A stretch of 33,629 bases of DNA from a virus. Lineage: Duplodnaviria > Caudoviricetes. Location: the IMG/VR virus record IMGVR_UViG_3300027697_000051, positions 1 through 33,629 of that record; one strand, 5' to 3'. The notes beneath the pieces are model-generated. The model saw nothing but the letters and a program-made list of their open reading frames with translations, did no database searches and was not told where the DNA came from. Shown here in pieces: positions 26,917 through 33,629 of the stretch (the first letter of the stretch is position 1; each line of letters opens with the position of its first letter). The position numbers and the translations under genes were made by a program.

Positions 26917-27568
26917 TGAGATCCTCAAAACCTAATACGTCATCGATTGGAGCTTTTACATCAAAGATACCGTCTTCATCAATTCCAGCCATTGCATTAA
27001 ACGGATCGTTTATTTTCATATTTACTTTTACAATTTCAGCCCCTGGGAAGATCTCTTTGGCCGTCAAGACAAAGCTATCAGCTGATATTAATTTGCCAAG
27101 CTCTTCTAATGTGTAAACGATCACATATCTACCGTCATCAATAACACGATCAATAGCGTCAGGCTCTTTGACAATAGCAGCCACAGTTCCATTTTCTAAT
27201 CTCACTTCCCACACTGTCGGATCAATTGGTTTCTTGCCTGTCTCTTGCGCCAGCTTATCTACTTTTCTTAAAGCTTTAATCATGCGCTCAGCTTCGCGCT
27301 TTACGTCCTCTAACTGACCCTCGCATAAAGCTTGCCTGTAAAGATAGCGCTGACGATCGAATTTTTCTCTTGTCGAGACATCAACAAGAAGGCGCAAGCG
27401 ATCTCTGCCCCACTTCTTCTCAAGTTCTATTTGTAAGAGATCAACTTCATCGATCCACTCTTTACCCGCCAGATACATGCCTGGCGTTTGTTGCCAAGGA
27501 AATGTAGGACGCGTTGAGACTGGTATTCCTTTATCTGCTTGCGGTTTCTTTTTTGGTTTGTATGCCAT
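26897..27568 (-). CDS. Hypothetical protein with SSB-like acidic C-terminal tip (DLNDEIPF)
   Basis: 223 aa; start preceded by 15-mer variant. Confidence 0.7.
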   Translation of the reverse strand: MAYKPKKKPQADKGIPVSTRPTFPWQQTPGMYLAGKEWIDEVDLLQIELEKKWGRDRLRLLVDVSTREKFDRQRYLYRQALCEGQLEDVKREAERMIKALRKVDKLAQETGKKPIDPTVWEVRLENGTVAAIVKEPDAIDRVIDDGRYVIVYTLEELGKLISADSFVLTAKEIFPGAEIVKVNMKINDPFNAMAGIDEDGIFDVKAPIDDVLGFEDLNDEIPF

Positions 27569-27569
27569 A

Positions 27570-28100
27570 TCAATCTCCAGTCCGATATATATAAACTCCA
27601 GTTTGGCCGTCTACGTGACCCCACGTTGGCTCGCCAAAAGCCTTTCTTATTTTCTTATCATCCCAGTCATCAACAATATGCTCCTGATACGGATTGCCAA
27701 AGACTGGCTTATACGGAAAGTAAATCACGGGCATGCTGATGACAACAATATTGGCGACAGACCTTAACTTATTAAAAACGTCTAATGCCTCCTCTGCCGT
27801 CATATGCTCCAAGACGTCTCCGGCTATTGCAACATCAAATCTAGGCAGCTTTGAAAAATCAAGTAGCCTGACATCTTCAATGATAATTTCATCATAAAGA
27901 GATTTCAGGCTGTGGCGATCAACATATGGCTCCCATATTTCTATAGCCGTCCATGATGATTGCGGGAACATCCTTGTGTAAGTTCCGGCACCACAACCAA
28001 CGTCTAATATTTTATCATGCGGCAAGTTGCTAAGAATTGACTTAGTGAACTTTCGTCCCTCTGTCGGACCATAAGCCGCGTAGTCTATGTGATGCTTCAT
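27570..28100 (-). CDS. Class I SAM-dependent methyltransferase
   Basis: ILDVGCGAG, AIEIW, FDVAIAGDVLEHM. Confidence 0.85.
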   Translation of the reverse strand: MKHHIDYAAYGPTEGRKFTKSILSNLPHDKILDVGCGAGTYTRMFPQSSWTAIEIWEPYVDRHSLKSLYDEIIIEDVRLLDFSKLPRFDVAIAGDVLEHMTAEEALDVFNKLRSVANIVVISMPVIYFPYKPVFGNPYQEHIVDDWDDKKIRKAFGEPTWGHVDGQTGVYIYRTGD

Positions 28101-28107
28101 ATATCAA

Positions 28108-28842
28108 TTACTCCTTAAAAGGACATCTCTCTCGTTCTTTGTTTCTGTTCATTAAATTCTTTATCGCTCTCCATCCGTAAAAAGACTTCAAAGAATAAAA
28201 CTCTCTATCGATATCTTCTCTGTCAATAAAATGATTTTTTATCTCCAGCCTTCCATCGCTCAAAGGAATAAGATGCATTAAGGGCTGACCCAGTCTGATT
28301 TGCTGCGCCTCTGCTTTCTTTGGCACCAAGATATTAACGTGAGCCGCATTGTTAAAATCAAAAGCAAGAATGCCTGGCGGCATAATGAAGTTCTTTCCCT
28401 CCAAGCTCCACCAAGCTGCGCTGCAATGAAATTGCACGCCGGTCTTTTCTTTAAAGCGCCACGGGTTGACGAGCTTGAGATGCGTATAGTCCCTAAAGCT
28501 TCCGCCTCTTTCATTTAATGTTTGCGTGCTAACTTGCGGACCGGCAGAATAAAAAGCTGTGCATTTTCCGTCTACGTTTTTTAAAACAAAATCTGACCAG
28601 CTCTCGACAATGCATCCTCTTTTATACAGCTCAATAAATCCGTAGCACGTTCTAACGTTTCTATTTCTTGTCGGATGCTGGAAAGTTACAAAATCAAAAT
28701 CAGTTGTTCCGGGCGCAGTGTTTCGCCACCATTGCGGAATGGCTTTTGACGCCTTGACGATCGGCGTGAACTTATACGCGTGATACGCATTGGTAAAACA
28801 ATCCAGATAAATAACTGGCGTTCTGTGAAAGAAGCTAAACAT
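28108..28842 (-). CDS. Hypothetical protein
   Basis: 244 aa; IPQWW, VRTCYGF, KLVNPW, PPGIL, GQPLMHLIP, ERCPF. Confidence 0.65.
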   Translation of the reverse strand: MFSFFHRTPVIYLDCFTNAYHAYKFTPIVKASKAIPQWWRNTAPGTTDFDFVTFQHPTRNRNVRTCYGFIELYKRGCIVESWSDFVLKNVDGKCTAFYSAGPQVSTQTLNERGGSFRDYTHLKLVNPWRFKEKTGVQFHCSAAWWSLEGKNFIMPPGILAFDFNNAAHVNILVPKKAEAQQIRLGQPLMHLIPLSDGRLEIKNHFIDREDIDREFYSLKSFYGWRAIKNLMNRNKERERCPFKE

Positions 28843-29440
28843 TGTAGCGACTAACCTTCGCGCGCCACTGAACGCTTTCTGTGATCTTCTTTGGGTCTTG
28901 CGGATCTTGCGTCAGAAAGCTTGTCGCGACTGGACCAACGCCTAAAGCCATCCAGTATCTGGCTCCCGTCGCAGGCTTGCCATCCCATGATTGAAGATAG
29001 CTAAACTGGATTACGTCAGTGTATGTAACAGCACTAGCAGTAAAAGATGAGAGATGCTGCTCAAAGACCACGATTTGATCGCCGGAACTGTTAGCAGGCG
29101 GCCAGCTTCGGAAAAAGTCAAATTTCGGTTTGTTTTGGTATACACTACCGACATCTTGGAACTCTCCCCATCCTATCGGAGGATTTAATACTACTTTTTT
29201 ATTTTTTGGGTAGTCGTCTCTCCACTCAGCAACCCCAAATCCTGGGTTATATCTATAATACCATTTATTGAGCCAAGTTCCCGCACTATCGTAATTATTG
29301 TAAAGCATGCTGTCGCTTCCGACGTCGTAACTAAAGACGCTCGTAAAAGGAGGCGCGTCTGTCGCCGTGTAGTCGAACCTTCTCAGCTCATGCGTTTTGA
29401 AAAATGGCCAGTAGGCTGGAACAAATAATTTATCCGACAT
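28835..29440 (-). CDS. Hypothetical aromatic-rich beta protein
   Basis: 201 aa, overlaps both neighbours. Confidence 0.65.
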   Translation of the reverse strand: MSDKLFVPAYWPFFKTHELRRFDYTATDAPPFTSVFSYDVGSDSMLYNNYDSAGTWLNKWYYRYNPGFGVAEWRDDYPKNKKVVLNPPIGWGEFQDVGSVYQNKPKFDFFRSWPPANSSGDQIVVFEQHLSSFTASAVTYTDVIQFSYLQSWDGKPATGARYWMALGVGPVATSFLTQDPQDPKKITESVQWRAKVSRYNV

Positions 29441-29654
29441 TTTTTGTATCCTTCAATTTACCCAGCGAGATTTTATTTGCATCGCTTGGCGAGTAGCCCG
29501 CGCGTATTGCTTTCCAATACTTAATCCTAATGCGTGCGCCATCTGTTGATATGCCCAAACGCAAGCCAATCGTTTTGTTGTCGAGACCCTTCTCATGAAG
29601 CTCAAGGGCTCTTTGCGATATTTCCTTACGCCTAAAATTATCTATCTCTGCCAT
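29430..29654 (-). CDS. Small HTH-like protein
   Basis: GLDNKTIGLRLGISTDGAR. Confidence 0.55.
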   Translation of the reverse strand: MAEIDNFRRKEISQRALELHEKGLDNKTIGLRLGISTDGARIRIKYWKAIRAGYSPSDANKISLGKLKDTKNVG

Positions 29655-29655
29655 T

Positions 29656-30060
29656 TTATTCCCCACTCTCCCGAATAGCGGCGGCAATCTCAGCATCTAT
29701 TTCCTCATGCGACATGCTTGGAAAAGCACGAAGCATGTTGATGCGAAAGGCTGCTTTAAGTCTATTCATTGACGCATCTAAACGAACATACGCTTCTTCC
29801 GAATACTCTATGCGAGATACTAACTTTTCAATTGATTTTGCCTGACTACGCAGCATATCTTCGGACAATTTAAGTTCAGCGCGGAGGTCTGTGTTCTCAG
29901 TTAGCAGCCTAGCGTTCATCTCAGCTTGGTTGAAGAACTTCTCATTCTCTGCGCGGAGGCGTTCAATCTGATTGGCTGCGTCATAATACAGGTTTGGCTT
30001 TTCTTTAATAATCACGGCGTTTGCTGCGCGATTAAGCAGCCGTTCTACGATGTCGCTCAT
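29656..30060 (-). CDS. Coiled-coil hypothetical protein
   Basis: MSDIVERL...DAANQIERLRAEN; AAGGAG RBS. Confidence 0.65.
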   Translation of the reverse strand: MSDIVERLLNRAANAVIIKEKPNLYYDAANQIERLRAENEKFFNQAEMNARLLTENTDLRAELKLSEDMLRSQAKSIEKLVSRIEYSEEAYVRLDASMNRLKAAFRINMLRAFPSMSHEEIDAEIAAAIRESGE

Positions 30061-30230
30061 AGCTGCGGCTCCTTCTCCGTCCTGGTCAAAACGCATTTTG
30101 TAACGATGCTTTTGTCGAGCTTCCTCAACTCCACTTTCGCCTTCTCGCAGGCTTGATAGTCGTAGAACGGCACAAAGGTCGCCCCGCCTATGTGGATCAC
30201 AAATAAAACGACTGGCGCTATCGGTATCAC
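30057..30230 (-). CDS. Small hypothetical protein
   Basis: GTG start overlapping upstream TGA; hydrophobic N-terminus, ACEKAK...TKCV. Confidence 0.5.
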   Translation of the reverse strand: MIPIAPVVLFVIHIGGATFVPFYDYQACEKAKVELRKLDKSIVTKCVLTRTEKEPQL

Positions 30231-30586
30231 TGCTTCTTCTCCTTCAATATCGATACGATCCACTCAACGACGCCAGGGTAGCACCGCTCCAGAACCTTGA
30301 TCTGGATGTTGCGCGCCATGCGCCCCTGCGCCTTGTTGTATCCCAACTGGTAGGATCTCTTACGGGTGGCGATTACGCCGTCTCCATCTACCCGATCGCC
30401 ATCCTTCGCGTCCAACAATCGGATCGTCACCCAATCCCCCTCAGACAAACTGGTTAGCTCGTTCAGCTCCCAATCGTCCCACCGGTCGATCGTCACTTCG
30501 TCCGACCGGATTTTGTATCGCCTGCCTCCTAGCTCGCGCCAGTCGACCGCCGTGACCTTTTCCCCTTTTCCCAAATCACCCTCCAT
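30227..30586 (-). CDS. Hypothetical protein (start uncertain)
   Basis: ORF track 30227..30604. Confidence 0.5.
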   Translation of the reverse strand: MEGDLGKGEKVTAVDWRELGGRRYKIRSDEVTIDRWDDWELNELTSLSEGDWVTIRLLDAKDGDRVDGDGVIATRKRSYQLGYNKAQGRMARNIQIKVLERCYPGVVEWIVSILKEKKQ

Positions 30587-30638
30587 CAAACACGCTTTCA
30601 ACAAAGAAAATTTCTGTCAACCAACCAGTAGTTCCTGA

Positions 30639-30879
30639 GCGGGCGCGCGACCCAAAGGGAGCGCCCCGCGAAGACAGATATACTAACGTATATCTGGCGT
30701 TCACTTCCGCTTTTACTTCCGCCCGTAAGTATTTGATTTTGCTTCATATACTTGTTGACCTTCTAATTGGCGGAAGTGATTTGGCGGAAGTGAAATAGTT
30801 GGTTTGTTTTCAAGTAGTTAAGGGCGGAAGTAATTTATTTGGCGGAAGTGAAATTTTCATTTCCGCTTTCACTTCCGCC
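30639..30879. repeat. Probable replication origin: GGCGGAAGT(G/A)A iterons in both orientations, AT-rich core, IHF-like sites, hairpins
   Basis: Direct copies at 30769, 30783, 30823, 30841; inverted at 30701, 30713, 30857 (variant), 30869; immediately downstream of the primase-helicase. Confidence 0.75.
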
Positions 30880-30880
30880 A

Positions 30881-33145
30881 TCATCTGTCGTATTTTTGGC
30901 GCTTAAAATCGGGCAGCCAGTTGCTTCCCAGCTTGTAACTGAGCGTCTTGGTTTTCTTGTTGTCATCCTCGTCAATGATGCGTTTGGCATACCAATCCTC
31001 GATCATGGCTTCGGCGTCATGGGCGTCGATTTTGAAAAGCGCTTTCATGTTTGAGCGGAAATTGCGCGATGTATTCTTTGCCGCACACCACCCTCTGCCC
31101 GCTTCGAAATCGTCCTGAAGCGCGTTCAGGATGTTGAAGCAAAGTTGGCGGTCCCATTTTTTTAGTCCGACGTGGATCTTGTTTGTTTCCTGTTTTCCGC
31201 CGAAGTCGTCTTGCTCAGGCTTAACTGCGTCTTCCAGTGGCTCGTCGATGATCTTCTCAACGATCAGAGAAGCGTGCCCAGAGATCAGCGGGAACTTGTT
31301 TATAGCGAAGTCCCACGTCCAGCCGTCAGCCGCGCTCTTGATCTTCCTGGCGAAGATCTGGCCCTCCATTGCGCCCTCTTCTCTAGAGACAAAGATTGAC
31401 GCGTCTGCCGCACCGTCAAAGACAGTCGAGCCACGCATATTGACGCCTTGGCGGCCCGTGTGATGGACGCCCAGCGTGCAGCAGCTGAAGCGCGCCTTGA
31501 TCTTGTCGCAGGCTCTGATGAAAAGCGTCATGTCCTTTTGCAGGTTCTCGTCAGCGCCTGGCAGGACGCGTGAAACGGTGTCAACCACGATCAGGACAGG
31601 AACCTCCCCCTGAAGGCCTTCAATGGCCTTGTCGACCGTCCTAATGAGTTTATGGACGTCTTCCTCGTTCATGAAGTTCATGCTCTCGTGAAGCAGCCTG
31701 AAGGGCAGTGGAGGGCCATCTAGTCCACGCTTCTCGCACCATGCCTTGATGCGGAACTTCATGTCTGACGTTCCCTCAGAGCTGATGTAGATGACTGGGC
31801 CTGATCGCTCGATCGTCTTGCCCCACCACTCAGGAAGGCCCGCAGCAATGCTGAGCGCCATGTCTAGCGTGATAAAGGTCTTGCAGCATCCTGGCGCGCC
31901 GTAGATGAAGGCTAGGCCATTCTCGATGAAGATATCCTTGATGAGATACTGAGGGTCCGGCAAATCATAAATGTCCTGAATAGTCAGGATCTGAAAGATG
32001 CTGGGGTCCTGCATCATCTTGACGATTTGCTCAGGCCGGAGCCTGAACTCTTCTTCGTCAGATTTTTCAGGCAGAAGGGTGCCTTCTGCGCCTCTTTCTT
32101 CAGCGTGCTCTAGCTGCGCATGCTTAGGCGGCGGACCCGCTTCGGCATATTGCTTGATCTTTGTGTGCCACTTTTTAAGAGACGCATGAACTTTTTCTCT
32201 AAAAAGCGTAATGCCCCGACCCTCGCGCTCTAGAAGATCATGCTTCTCCGCAATCGGGTCGTCGATGCGCGGCTTAACGAGCGAAACATATTGCCGGAAG
32301 AGATCGATCGCGATCGCCTGGAGGCGGTTTGGATCTGGATACGTCGGATCTTTTCTGTATTCGTCCAACATGCGGCCAAAGACCATTTTGGCCATTTGGC
32401 TCTCGCGCCCGTCAGTGATGACGCCGAAGTCGTTCTTGACGATGCCGGTCGTCCCGTTGTTTCCAAGGGGCGGAAGGATCTCATAGTTGCGGGTGGCAGT
32501 TACTTCACCCTGCGGCAAATTGCCGCCATTCTCTAAGACGAGACGATCGATCTCCTGGCATAGCCAATTTGGCGCAACAGAGACTTCGACGTTCCAGGGC
32601 TCTGCGTCTTCATCCCAAAGATAATTTGCGCCGCTGTCGTGTAAGCTGGGAGCTGACACAACAAATCCGCCCCTGCCTCTGATGTCGATCCCTTGCGGTG
32701 TCTTTATTGTTGGCGGCACCCAACCCGGCGGAGCCCTAAAGAAGTAATGCTTTCCGCCGCCACCGGTTGTTGCGCGTGGAGTTTCAGGAAGTATCCCTCC
32801 GGCGTGATCGTCGTGTATGCCCTGCCACCAGATAGCAGGGAACGTGTTTTTGTGCAGGTCGAGGTCGATAACAAATAACCACTGTGAGCACTCGCCGGTA
32901 ACGATGCCCATGTTAATGCGCTTGCAGTAAAGACCATCAGGCCCATACCACTTATTAAATAATTCATCTGTCGTGAGTTCACGCTCATGCTCCGCCCATT
33001 TTACGATTGGTTGTTTGCTGCTTTTTCCTGGCTTTGCTTCTGATGGAAGCATAACAGGAACAACTTGCCACCCAAGCGAGCGATACATGCGCGCCCATTG
33101 CGATGGCGATGAATACTCAACATCAAAATCAAAAGGTATTTCCAT
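30881..33145 (-). CDS. Bifunctional primase-polymerase (Prim-Pol) fused to RepA/AAA_25-type helicase
   Basis: NMGIVTG, FVIDLD, TGGGGKHYFF, GIDIRGRGGFVVSAPSLH; YGAPGCCKT, YISSEG, IVVDTV, VHHTGR, RGST. Confidence 0.9.
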   Translation of the reverse strand: MEIPFDFDVEYSSPSQWARMYRSLGWQVVPVMLPSEAKPGKSSKQPIVKWAEHERELTTDELFNKWYGPDGLYCKRINMGIVTGECSQWLFVIDLDLHKNTFPAIWWQGIHDDHAGGILPETPRATTGGGGKHYFFRAPPGWVPPTIKTPQGIDIRGRGGFVVSAPSLHDSGANYLWDEDAEPWNVEVSVAPNWLCQEIDRLVLENGGNLPQGEVTATRNYEILPPLGNNGTTGIVKNDFGVITDGRESQMAKMVFGRMLDEYRKDPTYPDPNRLQAIAIDLFRQYVSLVKPRIDDPIAEKHDLLEREGRGITLFREKVHASLKKWHTKIKQYAEAGPPPKHAQLEHAEERGAEGTLLPEKSDEEEFRLRPEQIVKMMQDPSIFQILTIQDIYDLPDPQYLIKDIFIENGLAFIYGAPGCCKTFITLDMALSIAAGLPEWWGKTIERSGPVIYISSEGTSDMKFRIKAWCEKRGLDGPPLPFRLLHESMNFMNEEDVHKLIRTVDKAIEGLQGEVPVLIVVDTVSRVLPGADENLQKDMTLFIRACDKIKARFSCCTLGVHHTGRQGVNMRGSTVFDGAADASIFVSREEGAMEGQIFARKIKSAADGWTWDFAINKFPLISGHASLIVEKIIDEPLEDAVKPEQDDFGGKQETNKIHVGLKKWDRQLCFNILNALQDDFEAGRGWCAAKNTSRNFRSNMKALFKIDAHDAEAMIEDWYAKRIIDEDDNKKTKTLSYKLGSNWLPDFKRQKYDR

Positions 33146-33257
33146 TTTCCTACGCCTTTGTTGGCGCAGCGTCACACTATATGTTGCATCAATTTCAATA
33201 TTGACTTATATATCTAGTGCAAACGCATTGCGCGTTACTTCCAATGGTGACTTCCCT

Positions 33258-33287
33258 AGACCCCGATTGCAGTCGGGGTCTTTTTTT
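33258..33287 (+). terminator. GC stem-loop with T7 run on plus strand
   Basis: AGACCCCGA-TTGCAG-TCGGGGTCT followed by a T run; U-tract polarity is opposite to the flanking genes. Confidence 0.55.
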
Positions 33288-33579
33288 ATTTATATCCATC
33301 AACTAGTTTAGATGCATATGATATTTTTTCCATTCTTGAGCAACGATGAGGCAATATAACAAAAGTGCTGCCATTATTGTTTTGCTTAAACATAAACCCA
33401 TAATTACATTCTGTATCATCAACAACTGGTATTAAAACGGGCTCCTCACTAAAGTCTCCGTCCCACCCGGCCCTTCTGGCAGCATACATTGCAAAATTAA
33501 AGCTATTCATAAATTCATTGAAACTAATATTATCAGCGCATGCCAATGTGGCTGAAAACTCAATTAAATCTTTGTGCAA
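33286..33579 (-). CDS. Hypothetical protein (start may lie upstream)
   Basis: GWDGDF...YGFMFKQNNNGSTFV. Confidence 0.55.
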   Translation of the reverse strand: MHKDLIEFSATLACADNISFNEFMNSFNFAMYAARRAGWDGDFSEEPVLIPVVDDTECNYGFMFKQNNNGSTFVILPHRCSRMEKISYASKLVDGYK

Positions 33580-33629
33580 AACTTCATTAACAATTTTAGC
33601 GTCGTATTTAAATTTTTTTTCAATATAAT

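Larger units (their letters stand above)
22195..27580. repeat. Dispersed start-associated 15-mer ATGGAGATTGATATG (9 copies)
   Basis: Exact at 22195, 22397, 23409, 25074, 25554, 25996; one mismatch at 23154, 26256 and on the minus strand at 27580-27566. Confidence 0.9.

Noticed and set aside
31876-31905. Walker A variant GAPGCCKT as evidence of an inactive helicase
   Set aside because: Lys-Thr and all other motifs are intact, and this position varies in RepA/AAA_25 helicases

Overview
This window is part of a tailed dsDNA bacteriophage (Caudoviricetes) genome, probably infecting an alphaproteobacterium (it carries a GapR/DUF2312-like gene). From 22.1 kb leftward on the minus strand lies the packaging and morphogenesis operon. 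It contains terminase small and large subunits, portal, a 1729-aa multidomain 'polyvalent' protein, a 372-aa basic protein, a GroES-like co-chaperonin, a scaffold-like protein, major capsid protein, a free-standing HNH/EndoVII nuclease, head-completion genes and a collagen-like fibre that runs off the left edge. At 22.1-26.7 kb a plus-strand early cassette (SF1 helicase, small ORFs, HTH regulator) has three promoters that share a GAAGTAACTTC palindrome, and most of its genes start with the same ATGGAGATTGATATG 15-mer. At 26.7-33.6 kb on the minus strand are a primase-polymerase/helicase, an iteron-rich probable origin and accessory genes. The main candidates for novelty are three. (1) A recurrent [YFMRK]xxGGx[VIA] peptide motif marks every module boundary of the 1729-aa effector-like protein and also fills two other head-operon proteins, suggesting a di-glycine polyprotein-processing or capsid-loading system. 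(2) Three separate structured RNA leaders (a triple-helix pseudoknot, twin identical-loop hairpins, an anti-SD pseudoknot) sit on ribosome-binding sites of head genes. (3) The stop-RBS-start 15-mer repeat in the early cassette. All family assignments come from recognising motifs by eye; no database searches were run.
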